From: a virus
Taxonomy: Duplodnaviria > Caudoviricetes
Virus record (IMG/VR): IMGVR_UViG_3300043568_000537
Span: 1-54,463 of that record
DNA length: 54,463 nt
Direction: 5' to 3' (one strand)
Of this stretch, positions 1 to 9,591 are shown piece after piece. The notes beneath the pieces are model-generated. The model saw nothing but the letters and a program-made list of their open reading frames with translations, was not told where the DNA came from and made no database searches. Both the position numbers and the translations under genes were made by a program. The number at the start of each line of letters is the position of its first letter. The first letter of the stretch is position 1.

Positions 1-348
1 AAGCTAGACAGCATGGTTAAGCTATACTACGCAAAGAACGTATATTCTGACACACTTAAGCTAAACTACGGGTCAATATATGTACAAGATTCTGTACAGT
101 TTAACAAGATATTTGGGAGAAAGTGGTCAGCGGACTTGCTGATACCGAAGGAGACTAAGACTACTATAGTAAAGGAGCCTGCCAAGAACAGGGTTTATTT
201 TGGTGCAGGAGCTTCATATGGAACGTCTATAACCCCAACCGTTGGATTGATGCTCAAGACAAAACAGGAAAGGATTTATGGCGTATCTTTGGGCGTAAGT
301 AACGGCCTGCCGGTTTACGGTGGGTCTATATATGTAAAAATATTCTAA
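1..348 (+). CDS. Partial hypothetical protein with a beta-rich C-terminus, lysis-module associated (5' end probably upstream of the window)
   Basis: Frame is open from base 1; the C-terminus has alternating Gly/aromatic beta-strands ending in Phe; it directly precedes the holin-like gene. Confidence 0.6.
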   Translation, partial: KLDSMVKLYYAKNVYSDTLKLNYGSIYVQDSVQFNKIFGRKWSADLLIPKETKTTIVKEPAKNRVYFGAGASYGTSITPTVGLMLKTKQERIYGVSLGVSNGLPVYGGSIYVKIF

Positions 349-349
349 T

Positions 350-601
350 ATGATAAAGAATTTTATTTGGAGTTTGCTTGCAGAAGATGGAAAGATTAGC
401 AGCAAGAGGTTTGCAGGGATCATGGCAACAGTTTTCCTGTGTGTCACACTGCTATGGAACAGCTTCAGCGAGGAGCACATTGCACCTTCAACCATTCTTG
501 TTGAGTGTGTTACGGCCGTAGCAATTGGATCTCTTGGAATTTCAGCAGCACAAACAATATTTAAAAAGAAAGAAGATGGCAGTAGCGAGAAAGAAGGCTA
601 G
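350..601 (+). CDS. Putative holin (2 TM)
   Basis: 83 aa, GKISSKRF followed by two hydrophobic helices and a charged tail; lies in the lysis cluster. Confidence 0.6.
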   Translation: MIKNFIWSLLAEDGKISSKRFAGIMATVFLCVTLLWNSFSEEHIAPSTILVECVTAVAIGSLGISAAQTIFKKKEDGSSEKEG

Positions 602-848
602 TCCTACACTAAACCCAATAACCAGCATAGTAAGCTTTGAGCAGTTCAAGAAGAGCCCTGTGGCAGCTGTTGCGTTCCTGTGTATATGCGGAATGTCTTT
701 CCTGTACTACAGGGGAGAGTCTGAGAGGGAGAAGATGTGGAACATTGTAGCGACTCAGAATGAGAAGATTAGGAAGTCTGACAGCACCTCTGCTGCTGCC
801 TTGTCTCAGATTCAAATACTGAAGAAGCTTAAGCAAATCCCAGAATGA
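576..848 (+). CDS. Single-TM membrane protein, lysis module
   Basis: ATG at 576; TM PVAAVAFLCICGMSFLYY followed by a helical tail; overlaps both neighbours. Confidence 0.55.
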   Translation: MAVARKKASPTLNPITSIVSFEQFKKSPVAAVAFLCICGMSFLYYRGESEREKMWNIVATQNEKIRKSDSTSAAALSQIQILKKLKQIPE

Positions 849-1183
849 TTAAGAACCTGTACATAGCGTTTACAACAATAGCTTTAGGATACCTTCTAGT
901 AAAGGAGCCAGAGGTTGTAAAAGAAAATGTTATTGACGAATCTTCTTTGCGTTCTGACAGCTTGAAGTCTTTCTTGACGGCATCGGACAACGCAATATCT
1001 ACAAAGATTGAGAAGACCAAAAACACTATAGTCAGCCTAAAGGAAGAGGTTTCTGAACTGAAGGGAGTTATAAAACAAAAAGAACTACAAATAAATGAAC
1101 TCAAGGGTACTATTTCTGAGTATACTTCTAACATTGGTGACAAGTTTAGCATACTCGCAGCATCTGAGGAGGCTGGGAAGTGA
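845..1183 (+). CDS. N-anchored coiled-coil protein, inner-spanin-like
   Basis: N-terminal TM and heptad coiled coil (LKEEVSELKGVIKQKELQINELK); overlapped by the next ORF. Confidence 0.5.
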   Translation: MIKNLYIAFTTIALGYLLVKEPEVVKENVIDESSLRSDSLKSFLTASDNAISTKIEKTKNTIVSLKEEVSELKGVIKQKELQINELKGTISEYTSNIGDKFSILAASEEAGK

Positions 1184-1517
1184 CACGTTTGTCGTGATGA
1201 CAATGAGCCAAGGAAAGAAAATGAATGAAAGCTTTCTGTCTCTTAGGGACAGCATAAAGAATATTTCTTTTAAGTACGACTCTGTTGTCTCAAGGTTTGT
1301 GGTAGAAAAGCATGTCTCAATGGATTCTATAAGCCTTATTAAGCAGAAATATGTTCAATCGGAATCTAGACTTGACTCTCTTCAGTACAAGTTCAACTAC
1401 AACAAGGCTTTAATAGATGCGAGGGAGAAGGGTTGGGCAAAGGACAGGTCTACGTATCAATTCTTTATATTTGCACCATACGTTTTATTGTTAATACTAA
1501 ACATAGTTAACTTATGA
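1095..1517 (+). CDS. Secreted coiled-coil protein with a C-terminal TM, possible spanin partner
   Basis: Signal peptide ending AYS-Q, coiled coil and a hydrophobic C-terminus; starts inside the previous gene in another frame and ends at the endolysin start. Confidence 0.5.
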   Translation: MNSRVLFLSILLTLVTSLAYSQHLRRLGSDTFVVMTMSQGKKMNESFLSLRDSIKNISFKYDSVVSRFVVEKHVSMDSISLIKQKYVQSESRLDSLQYKFNYNKALIDAREKGWAKDRSTYQFFIFAPYVLLLILNIVNL

Positions 1518-2116
1518 TCAGCGCATCCAAGCTTTCTACTAAAGTTCCTGCCCCAGTAATGGGAGAGGTTGCTTCCATTATAGAGAAGTTTAACATGACA
1601 AACCCATTGAGGCTTGCTCACTTTCTAGCACAGGCTGCACACGAGTCAGGTAACTTTAAGTTCCTGAAGGAGAACCTAAACTACTCATCTGACAGCCTAC
1701 TTAAGGTGTTCCCTAAGTACTTCAAGGACAAAGCAACGGCCGACAAGTATGCCAGGAATCCAGAGAAGATTGCTAACAGGGTCTATGCGTCAAGGATGGG
1801 GAATGGGGACGAAGCGTCCGGAGATGGGTTCAAGTTTAGGGGAAGGGGATACATCCAGCTGACCGGTAAGGACAACTACAAGGCTTTCTCTAACTTTATT
1901 GGGGAAGATTGTGTAGCTAACCCAGACCTGGTATCAGACAAGTACCCACTTGTGAGTGCGTCATGGTTCTTCGACAAGAACAATCTCTGGACAATTTGTG
2001 ACAAAGGGGCAACGGACGAGGTTGTAACGGCTGTAACAAAGAGGGTAAATGGCGGGGTGCATGGTTTGAGCGACAGAATATCTAAGTTCAAACTATTTAA
2101 CGATTCATTGTCATGA
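1514..2116 (+). CDS. Glycoside hydrolase family 19 endolysin
   Basis: RLAHFLAQAAHES, ENLNYS, RMGNGDEASGDGFKFRGRGYIQLTGKDNY and VTKRVNGG motifs typical of phage GH19 lysins. Confidence 0.92.
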   Translation: MISASKLSTKVPAPVMGEVASIIEKFNMTNPLRLAHFLAQAAHESGNFKFLKENLNYSSDSLLKVFPKYFKDKATADKYARNPEKIANRVYASRMGNGDEASGDGFKFRGRGYIQLTGKDNYKAFSNFIGEDCVANPDLVSDKYPLVSASWFFDKNNLWTICDKGATDEVVTAVTKRVNGGVHGLSDRISKFKLFNDSLS

Positions 2117-2220
2117 CAAGCCAGCCGTCTAATGTCTCTATGCCTTCTGTTACTTTGCAAACGCTGTTAAGTATTTGCTCGTAGTATGACTATATTTGCA
2201 ATATATATATATGATCAGGA

Positions 2221-2412
2221 ATGAACTCACACAATGACATTACTTTTCTTGGAGTCCCATCAACAATAGTTAGCTGGATGGCGTACTTGAACATTGTGGA
2301 CATCAATCCACTGATCAACTTTGTGGTCAGCATATTCTCTCTAACCTGGCTTTCTATACAGATATACTCTTGGGTAGAGAAGAGGATAAAAGAAAAAAGA
2401 AATGGCAGCTAA
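2221..2412 (+). CDS. Small membrane protein, holin-like
   Basis: 63 aa, hydrophobic segments and a basic C-terminus; TATATTTG box at 2191-2198 upstream. Confidence 0.5.
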   Translation: MNSHNDITFLGVPSTIVSWMAYLNIVDINPLINFVVSIFSLTWLSIQIYSWVEKRIKEKRNGS

Positions 2413-2689
2413 TAAGAACGCTGGTAAGCACCCTAGTTATGACAAATTAAATTGGAGTCCATCTTCTATTCAAAGGAAGAGGGCGTATGATAAGAAGTAC
2501 AATGAATCTAAGGAAGCTAAAGACAATAGGGTAGAATTAAATAAGGCAAATAGACAAGCCGGAACCTATGGTAAGATGACTAAGATGGGTAAGGATAGAA
2601 GCCACACTAAAGATGGTAAAATGGTCTTAGAATCAAGCTCCTCAAATAGGGGACGCAACGGACAAAATGGTAAGTCTACCAAGAAATAG
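2402..2689 (+). CDS. Small basic protein with a degenerate HNH-like C-terminus
   Basis: GKDRSHTKDGKMVLESSSSNRGRNG resembles the D-x-S-H...N-R pattern of small phage HNH-like proteins. Confidence 0.5.
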   Translation: MAANKNAGKHPSYDKLNWSPSSIQRKRAYDKKYNESKEAKDNRVELNKANRQAGTYGKMTKMGKDRSHTKDGKMVLESSSSNRGRNGQNGKSTKK

Positions 2690-2704
2690 TCCTACATTCG
2701 TTAT

Positions 2705-2902
2705 ATGATAATGGTAGTAAAAATGCCCGATGACGAAGAAGAGAAATACTTCAACGCTATCTTCTTATGCTCAACCAAAGACCCAATGTATCTCCTTGAT
2801 ATGATGGAGGATATGGACTTGGGAGATATAATACATGAAGAAGGTGAGGCAGGCATAGATATGCTAGACCCATTTAAACTAAAGAAGATATTCTTTAATT
2901 AG
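2705..2902 (+). CDS. Acidic hypothetical protein
   Basis: 65-aa ORF starting 4 nt after a TACATTCG box; converges on the next gene. Confidence 0.55.
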   Translation: MIMVVKMPDDEEEKYFNAIFLCSTKDPMYLLDMMEDMDLGDIIHEEGEAGIDMLDPFKLKKIFFN

Positions 2903-3945
2903 AATATATGCGTTAATCTTGCCACCTGACCATGTACAGGATGATGCACAAATCCCTCAACAGCTTTAGGGGCATGGACATATCCATTTCTGTGATGCCA
3001 TGAATCAGTTCCTGAAGGAGACCTAAGAGCTTCAACATTTACACTCATATAGTCCTTGCTTTTCTTATGGTGTATGTGGTGTATATAGAAATATCTATGC
3101 TTACACTCTCCCCAAGATTCACTAGCCTCATGAGCCATCAACAATGGCAAGTCTGCTTCTTTAGCTCCATCACCGTGAGTTGTACCTATAATATTTGACC
3201 CATATACAAAATACTTTCTGTGAGATATACTGACGTTAAACGTAACTGATTCACAGTTTCTGAACCAAGCCTCTATTGTCTGTGCCAAGAAGAATCCATT
3301 TGTATAATCATGGTTAGACGGATCATACTGTACGTGTACGGGAGCAATCTGAATCAGTATCTCTATGCAGTCTGTAAGAAGCCTTTGAGCTGTCTTAAAG
3401 TTATCAAACCACATAGCGCTTGTATCTTGATGCGTACCCGCTGTTGTACTATTCTTGGCATTGTCAACATGAAGGATGTCGTTTCCAACAATAAATAGAA
3501 TCTTATCTATATTGAAGTTGCATTTAGATACCAAACCTATCACTCCTTCCTTAACTCTTTTAACAGCTATGTCGTGGTTATATTCATCACCTGACTCTAC
3601 TATGCTTGACAGCTTACCTATATGGATGTCAGCAGGGTCTATAACAAACAAATGGCCATCAGAAGATGGCTCATAATTAATTGATGGATATAACGGAGAG
3701 TATTCTTTTATTGAATTAAGAAACTCATTCATCATCTCCTGAACACTAAGACTACTACCCTTTACATTTATACTAAACTTTTCACTCTTGAACCAGTAAT
3801 AGTTAACATTTTCAATCGGTATACCCTGCTCTTCACACTCTTTATTTAGTGCAGTATGATTTACCTTACTACCCCTGTACTCGTACACTAATTGAGCCTC
3901 ATCTGGCTTCAGTCGCATGCGTATAGTATCTCGTGATTCAGACAT
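2899..3945 (-). CDS. Calcineurin-like metallophosphoesterase / nuclease
   Basis: DIHIG, GNDILH, SNHD, THGD and HHIHH metal-binding motifs. Confidence 0.85.
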   Translation of the reverse strand: MSESRDTIRMRLKPDEAQLVYEYRGSKVNHTALNKECEEQGIPIENVNYYWFKSEKFSINVKGSSLSVQEMMNEFLNSIKEYSPLYPSINYEPSSDGHLFVIDPADIHIGKLSSIVESGDEYNHDIAVKRVKEGVIGLVSKCNFNIDKILFIVGNDILHVDNAKNSTTAGTHQDTSAMWFDNFKTAQRLLTDCIEILIQIAPVHVQYDPSNHDYTNGFFLAQTIEAWFRNCESVTFNVSISHRKYFVYGSNIIGTTHGDGAKEADLPLLMAHEASESWGECKHRYFYIHHIHHKKSKDYMSVNVEALRSPSGTDSWHHRNGYVHAPKAVEGFVHHPVHGQVARLTHIF

Positions 3946-3969
3946 AAAATATGTTTGGTTATTGCTAAA

Positions 3970-4338
3970 TTACAAAGACTTTATAATTTCAACAACTTCT
4001 AAACATTCTTTTTGACTTTTGGGGAAAAATAGTTTTGGTTCGCTTCTCCATTCAGTATACATCACATATCTGAACCATTTCCATTTTAGGATGTTATCAT
4101 TCCTTTGGAATCCCTTTGTATCCACCACTACATTTCTTCCGCTAGAAGTAAGATCAAAGTCTACAGTGAGTGTCATAGGACGAACTGCCTTACCATCATA
4201 TCTAAACGATGGGCATAGCTGATACGGAACCTGAAACTCAAAGTCTATATCATTCTTCTTTAACAGTTCGTAGAAGAACAGCTCAAGCCTAGAATCAAAC
4301 TTGAGCCCGTACTTCTCTACTTTTTTTATTTGCTTCAT
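3970..4338 (-). CDS. DUF1064-like PD-(D/E)XK endonuclease
   Basis: GLKFDSRLE, FEFQVPYQL, VDF...VVVDTKG motifs. Confidence 0.75.
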   Translation of the reverse strand: MKQIKKVEKYGLKFDSRLELFFYELLKKNDIDFEFQVPYQLCPSFRYDGKAVRPMTLTVDFDLTSSGRNVVVDTKGFQRNDNILKWKWFRYVMYTEWRSEPKLFFPKSQKECLEVVEIIKSL

Positions 4339-4340
4339 AT

Positions 4341-4739
4341 CTACATCATGTTCATTTCTTGTTTAGCAAATGATAGCGAAGACCTCAACAATTCCATCTT
4401 GTAGTGGCTCTCTTTTATCACCATTTCACATATGTTATTGTAGAAAGAACAGTCGCCTATCTCATATGCTATAACAATCTTCTTCTCCGTTGCTCCCATG
4501 TCATCGTTGTTAAGATTCATCATCTTTTGGAATGAAAGCTTTTCGGCGAGGAACTGGAACTGAGCCTTACAAGTGACGCCAATAACCATAACGGATGTAA
4601 GGTCTGACATATGTTTTACAATGCTAGGAGCATCAGAGCAGTCAACTTTTTGATTAACTACTTTTCTAAACATCTCATACTGCTCAACTGTTCTTTCAAA
4701 TGCAGACTGAAGACTTTGGTCGTTAAATACTTGTTTCAT
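4341..4739 (-). CDS. Helical hypothetical protein
   Basis: 132-aa ORF tightly packed in the replication operon. Confidence 0.6.
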   Translation of the reverse strand: MKQVFNDQSLQSAFERTVEQYEMFRKVVNQKVDCSDAPSIVKHMSDLTSVMVIGVTCKAQFQFLAEKLSFQKMMNLNNDDMGATEKKIVIAYEIGDCSFYNNICEMVIKESHYKMELLRSSLSFAKQEMNMM

Positions 4740-4740
4740 G

Positions 4741-4974
4741 TTATATTGTTTTTGCGTACCTAATTGCTAGTTCCTTTTCATAGCTAGGACTATATACTCT
4801 ACCTCTATTCTCTGCAGCGTGCTTGATTACTCCGAAGGTTATACCAAGCTTTTGTTGTGCGTACTTGATACTGTGATATACAATAGCCTTTTCCTTTCTT
4901 TCTTCTATATCTTCTATGGATATGTCATATGCAATAATACCCACTCTAGACTCTGTAATAAATTCGTACCCCAT
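4741..4974 (-). CDS. Small DNA-binding-like protein (NUMOD1/HTH-like)
   Basis: YHSIKYAQQKLGITFGVIKHAA resembles a NUMOD1-type helix-turn-helix. Confidence 0.45.
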   Translation of the reverse strand: MGYEFITESRVGIIAYDISIEDIEERKEKAIVYHSIKYAQQKLGITFGVIKHAAENRGRVYSPSYEKELAIRYAKTI

Positions 4975-4975
4975 A

Positions 4976-6790
4976 TTATAGTATCTTGTATTTAGTTAGT
5001 AATTGTTCTCTATTAAAAGGAAGGTTATCATAATCATCTACAAACTCAATTCCGTTTACCATCTTTAATCTAACACTACTCCCGTAAGGTGTGGGCTTGC
5101 CTCCAGTCTCTCTATTCCTAACCTTGTCTACGGATACCTCTGTAAACATCCATTCATTAGGGTCTTTAATCTTCCTGTGCAGTGTGAGGAAGTTATCTGA
5201 CTTATTATATAGAGCAGCACCACCTTCAGTATCAGATGCGTGTGGCATCTTTTGGCTACCGCTACTATCCCTATCCCGTTGTGATGCTGTAGTAGTATGA
5301 ACGGATAAGAACAGTGTTGTGTTATACCTCTTGGTGTAGTTTAACATGTCTCCATATGCCTCGTAGTCATAGTTATACTTATTCTTAGAAGCTGTAAGTT
5401 CTAGCTTCAATGAATTGTATGGATCAATGAACAATCCTTTGAGGGACTTATATCCCATCATAACTTTAGAGTGGTCCATTATATCCTTGTAAGTATATAG
5501 ATTATCAGTAGACAGCATGAAGAAATGCTCATCTACAAATTTAAGTGATACAGCATGCTCTCTATCATCCATGTGTATTATTTTTTTACCAACAAAGAAC
5601 TCCATCATCTTCATCTTAACAGATGCTGCTCTATTCTCTCCGGTGTACACCATCCAGTTCCAATCATACTTGATAGCAGATAGGAATAGTAGCCAAAGAT
5701 TTATAGTAGTCTTACCAATATGACTGTGTGCTAAAGACGCATAGAACTCACCTTCTTTCAGCAAGAAGTGTTGGTCTAGGTCATGGTATCCAAGTGGCAT
5801 TCCCATTGGGATGAGGCCCTTCCTAAACTTGTAGATGAAGTCATCATCACTTGTGTTTGATGTAAGGAATGATAACTCTTCTTCAATTGCACCAAGTTCT
5901 CTAACAGCTTCCTTAAACTCCTGCTCAACCTGTGAAATAGGTCTTGCCATACCGTGCCTAAGTCCATCCTCAATTGTCTTGTCAGCAAGCTTTGGGTCAT
6001 CAATGTGGCGCTTCCTAATCTCGTGAGAAAGAATATTAAAAGCTATGTCATACTCTATATTCTTTGTCGCTACATAGCCTCCAAGGAGATTAGCGGCTCT
6101 AAGGAGTGCATGATGCTTTTCTCCATCGGGCGCAGACCTAATCATCCTAGATGCTATGTCAACCTTCTTATAGTCAGTATGCCCATCTCCGTACATCAAT
6201 CTTGAGGGTTGCTTTTCTTCCTCAATATCAATATCATAGAATACTGACGACGATGTATTTACGTATATGTTTGGGTCATAAGATACGTACAATACTCTTG
6301 CCACATTTTGAGCTGTAGTGTCAAGGCCTTTTATTCTCTTTATAAGAGCCCTGTAATGTTCGGTGTGTTTGTTTCCGTCTCCAATTTTAACTAGACCATG
6401 CAAACCTTTTCCCGATGAAGACCTCCATAGCGCATAGATAATATCATCATTGATGAGTTCGCTTACAGCATAATCAAGGTCTTCTACATTATCAATATCA
6501 ATTGGAACTAATCCGCTGTGCTTAGTAATGCTCTTGTCATCCCTATAGGAAACATATTCCTTTCCGGATGCATTAATCTTTGTAATTGGCTTGTTAAACT
6601 CTCCTGTAAATAGTACGCAAGGAAGATTAGCTTTTAAAGAACGCTTAGTGTCTTCATTCTCGCATAAGCGTATAGCTTCTATCTTTGACCTGTACCTACC
6701 GTTTCTAATAGCATCAAGGACAGCTTCTATCCTAACAATCTTAGGGCTGTCAATAGATACTATATTCTCAAATATAGTTACTGTATGCAT
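4976..6790 (-). CDS. Primase-helicase: BT4734/VirE-N-like primase domain plus a DnaB/Twinkle-like SF4 helicase
   Basis: N-terminal LPCVLFTGEF, HSGLVPIDID, SSSGKGLH, RVLYVSYDP; C-terminal AHSHIGKTT (Walker A), FIDPYN and NKSDNFLTLHR. Confidence 0.85.
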   Translation of the reverse strand: MHTVTIFENIVSIDSPKIVRIEAVLDAIRNGRYRSKIEAIRLCENEDTKRSLKANLPCVLFTGEFNKPITKINASGKEYVSYRDDKSITKHSGLVPIDIDNVEDLDYAVSELINDDIIYALWRSSSGKGLHGLVKIGDGNKHTEHYRALIKRIKGLDTTAQNVARVLYVSYDPNIYVNTSSSVFYDIDIEEEKQPSRLMYGDGHTDYKKVDIASRMIRSAPDGEKHHALLRAANLLGGYVATKNIEYDIAFNILSHEIRKRHIDDPKLADKTIEDGLRHGMARPISQVEQEFKEAVRELGAIEEELSFLTSNTSDDDFIYKFRKGLIPMGMPLGYHDLDQHFLLKEGEFYASLAHSHIGKTTINLWLLFLSAIKYDWNWMVYTGENRAASVKMKMMEFFVGKKIIHMDDREHAVSLKFVDEHFFMLSTDNLYTYKDIMDHSKVMMGYKSLKGLFIDPYNSLKLELTASKNKYNYDYEAYGDMLNYTKRYNTTLFLSVHTTTASQRDRDSSGSQKMPHASDTEGGAALYNKSDNFLTLHRKIKDPNEWMFTEVSVDKVRNRETGGKPTPYGSSVRLKMVNGIEFVDDYDNLPFNREQLLTKYKIL

Positions 6791-6804
6791 GTTGTTGTGT
6801 TAAA

Positions 6805-6836
6805 ATTGCCCCGAACATTTTACTGAACGGGGCATT
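6805..6836 (-). terminator. Hairpin between SSB and primase-helicase, possible weak terminator
   Basis: TGCCCCG (6807-6813) / CGGGGCA (6828-6834) stem with a short T run on the minus strand. Confidence 0.4.
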
Positions 6837-6861
6837 GTATGTGTGCGTCGTGCGTCTAGCC

Positions 6862-7134
6862 TTAGAATGGGAGGTCAAGATCATCAACCTTTGCTGCATG
6901 TGCAGGCTGAGAAGTCTTCTTAGAAGCATCAGGCTTCCATGTATCAAGTGTTACATACACATTGTTACCATACTTGTCCGGAGACTTTCTGTCGTTTACA
7001 TTGATGTTGCAGTATCCTGCTTCGTTCTTGTACTTCTTTAGTTCCTCAATGAATTTCTCTACGTTAATAGAAATCCTTGTTCCGTACATTGTTTTCTTTC
7101 CATTTACTCCGTTGAAGTAGATTTTCTCTGACAT
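6862..7134 (-). CDS. Putative single-stranded DNA-binding protein
   Basis: 90 aa with an acidic SSB-type tail DDLDLPF; sits between the recombinase genes and the primase-helicase. Confidence 0.65.
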   Translation of the reverse strand: MSEKIYFNGVNGKKTMYGTRISINVEKFIEELKKYKNEAGYCNINVNDRKSPDKYGNNVYVTLDTWKPDASKKTSQPAHAAKVDDLDLPF

Positions 7135-7194
7135 ATTGTGTAGTTTAAAATTGTGTAAATTTCCCCAAGGCCGAGATAGCCCTGGGGTTGTCTG

Positions 7195-7449
7195 TTATGG
7201 TTTGTTGATTAGGACTTTTGGAGTAACAAGAAGGTCTACGTCATACCCGTGCTGTTCCAATACATCTATTATAGCTGACATAGAAACAGTTCTAGGCTTT
7301 CCGTTCTTTCCCTTGTACTTACCGACGTAGTTCACAAAGAACCAGTAGTTGTTTTGGCTATTATTCTCGTGTATACTATCTAGTATAGTAGCTACCTGTG
7401 GAAACTTTTGATGAAGCTTCTCTTTATTTATGTATTTCGTGTTGCTCAT
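7195..7449 (-). CDS. Hypothetical protein
   Basis: 84-aa ORF coupled to the upstream gene by an ATGA overlap. Confidence 0.55.
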   Translation of the reverse strand: MSNTKYINKEKLHQKFPQVATILDSIHENNSQNNYWFFVNYVGKYKGKNGKPRTVSMSAIIDVLEQHGYDVDLLVTPKVLINKP

Positions 7450-7793
7450 AATACTCTCTCTATGGTATCAAGTTTACCATTAGTAAACTTAGCTTTGAAT
7501 ATGTAGAATATCTCGTATGGTTTGCCGTAAAACTTAACGAATCCTGTATAGTCACTGTTTATTACACCCTTATTTACCCTATTCATGCTGAACCTAAAGA
7601 AGCTATCTGGCTTCTCAACAAGTTCGTACTCGTAGTCAGTATATGAAAGGCTTCCATCTTCGTCTATTACATAGTCTAAGAACTCCCTATCTAGGTCTTT
7701 TGTCTGAAACTCAAGACCCGATAAGTCATGCCTCTGAAATCCGTTTACCGGAAGAAGACTGTCGCTTATCTTTATGTAATCGTATCTACTCAT
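7446..7793 (-). CDS. Hypothetical phage protein
   Basis: ATG at 7793; MSRYDYI...FQTKDLD...FYG...AKFTNGKL pattern. Confidence 0.65.
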   Translation of the reverse strand: MSRYDYIKISDSLLPVNGFQRHDLSGLEFQTKDLDREFLDYVIDEDGSLSYTDYEYELVEKPDSFFRFSMNRVNKGVINSDYTGFVKFYGKPYEIFYIFKAKFTNGKLDTIERVL

Positions 7794-7856
7794 ATTTAAA
7801 AAGTGGGAGCAGAAAACATTAAAACTGCTCCCTATGTGCAAACCCCACATATATTG

Positions 7857-7886
7857 CGAATATACAAGATATTTTACAATTACAAA
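7857..7886 (-). promoter_or_regulatory. Bacteroidota-type promoter
   Basis: Minus strand TTTG, 18 nt, TATATTCG; followed by a GGGAGCAG/CTGCTCCC hairpin at about 7805-7832. Confidence 0.55.
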
Positions 7887-7887
7887 A

Positions 7888-8652
7888 CTATTTTATCCAC
7901 TGTGGTAAGTCTAGAACAAACTCACTTTCTTGCATAAATCCATACCCGGCATTGAAGGCTTCCAAGTCTATACAAGTAGCGAACTTATCAGCTAGGTCGT
8001 ACAGCTCTTCTTGACCCTTCTTGATGTATTGATCTGCCACATCTACTAGCATATAGTTGTATGGAGCCTTAGTTTCTACAATCAAGTACTTAACGGGAAG
8101 ATTATGAGCAAGGTTATAAAGACCTGCCTGTATGTGGTACTTTCTGTTGTAAAACTCTCTAGTAACATTAGCAGGTGATGCGTCATTGATTGTCTTAATC
8201 TCAAGGATGTACTCATTATCCTTAACGCCATCAACAAATCCTCTGAATGGTAGGCCTGCTATATCCATCTTGAACTCTTGCTCGAAACTATTGCAATCCA
8301 TGATGGTATTCCTAACCTTCCAATTCGACAGGATGCTATCTGTTATGCCAATAGCTTCAGTCATTTCATCTTCGCTGATGAGAGTTTTACCTTCGTTCTT
8401 GCTTACGAACTCTTCCCACAGTTCCTTGCCAACCTTTGTTCTCCTATCAACATCAGGGTAAATAGCAAACATTTCTGCTGTCTTTTGTGGGTACATGAGG
8501 AGTGCATGTATCAGTGTGCCAAGGTCCATTGCTTTGCTTGGAGCTGACCTATTGTGTACATAGTACACATAGTGCTTTGGAGACTTAGCAAACTCCTTTA
8601 TTGAGGAGTATGACAATGGTCTTTCTTTCAGGAAGTCTAAATCTATTCTCAT
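7888..8652 (-). CDS. RecE/exonuclease VIII-like PD-(D/E)XK exonuclease (DUF3799-type)
   Basis: LSYSSIKEF, GTLIHAL, DRRTKVGKE, RGFVDG..ILEIKT and YHIQAGLY motifs. Confidence 0.85.
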   Translation of the reverse strand: MRIDLDFLKERPLSYSSIKEFAKSPKHYVYYVHNRSAPSKAMDLGTLIHALLMYPQKTAEMFAIYPDVDRRTKVGKELWEEFVSKNEGKTLISEDEMTEAIGITDSILSNWKVRNTIMDCNSFEQEFKMDIAGLPFRGFVDGVKDNEYILEIKTINDASPANVTREFYNRKYHIQAGLYNLAHNLPVKYLIVETKAPYNYMLVDVADQYIKKGQEELYDLADKFATCIDLEAFNAGYGFMQESEFVLDLPQWIK

Positions 8653-9227
8653 TGTAATTGTTTTATTTTATTAGATACTGCTAGTCTAAATACTGGGTTA
8701 AGTTTGATGTTGTCATCTAAACCTTTAGCGTAATCTGTAAGAGATTGCTTGTCGGTGAACTTGTCAATGTTTGCAACAAATGATGATACTATCGTATTCT
8801 CATACATCTGAAGTGCGTTATCGTGCTGTCCTTTGAATACATCAATACCTATACCTATGTAAGAACATATCTTGGTAATGGCATCTGTTGTAGCTCCCTT
8901 ACACGCATCACCTGGATCATCGTTTACTGATGAAGCTATGCTCTCATAGTATATACCATAGTCGGGAATGGTAAAAGCTGTTTTAAGTACAGCCGTGTAC
9001 TCCGTCCTCTCCTTGCCTGCGTTTGTTACCTTTGTCTTTTCCATGATAGGTGTAATTAGTTCTGTCTTAATCTTCCATGCACCTACACCGAATACATCAT
9101 TCAACCTTTCTGTTACGTATATAGCCTTAATCGTTGATAGGTTGCTCCTTGTAGGATGCTGTGTCACGGCCTCTTTCGGTAGTGGCTTCTTGATTAATAA
9201 TAATTGCTGTTCGGATAGTTGCTTCAT
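8649..9227 (-). CDS. Rad52/22-family (Sak-like) single-strand annealing protein
   Basis: YVTERLNDVFGVGAW and DACKGATTDAITKICSYIGIG motifs; adjacent to the exonuclease. Confidence 0.85.
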   Translation of the reverse strand: MKQLSEQQLLLIKKPLPKEAVTQHPTRSNLSTIKAIYVTERLNDVFGVGAWKIKTELITPIMEKTKVTNAGKERTEYTAVLKTAFTIPDYGIYYESIASSVNDDPGDACKGATTDAITKICSYIGIGIDVFKGQHDNALQMYENTIVSSFVANIDKFTDKQSLTDYAKGLDDNIKLNPVFRLAVSNKIKQLQ

Positions 9228-9326
9228 TTCTTTTGTATTTTAAGTATATAGCTAATTGTGCGTACATTATAAGGTTAATGGATATAGCAAATAGTATAAC
9301 TTTTACTATATCTTTAATCTCTATTA

Positions 9327-9590
9327 TCATGGGATGTTATTGGTTATGTCACTGTGTTTGTTTACCATCTTTTCAAATTCTCTTACTGAGATATATGAAA
9401 GGATACAGTCTCCATCTTTAAATGTTATGTGCGTGCACACGCCATTGTTTTCATCAGAAGGTCTATACCTTGATATGGTAAATGGGTTAACCATGGTGTA
9501 AGTGTCTTTACACAGCTCTTCTCCGGTGATTTCTTTGTGGTCTAAATCATAAACTTTGATAGGCAATTTGATAAATCTTCTTGTAAACAT
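9327..9590 (-). CDS. Hypothetical protein
   Basis: ATG at 9590 right after the upstream stop. Confidence 0.55.
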   Translation of the reverse strand: MFTRRFIKLPIKVYDLDHKEITGEELCKDTYTMVNPFTISRYRPSDENNGVCTHITFKDGDCILSYISVREFEKMVNKHSDITNNIP

Positions 9591-9591
9591 A

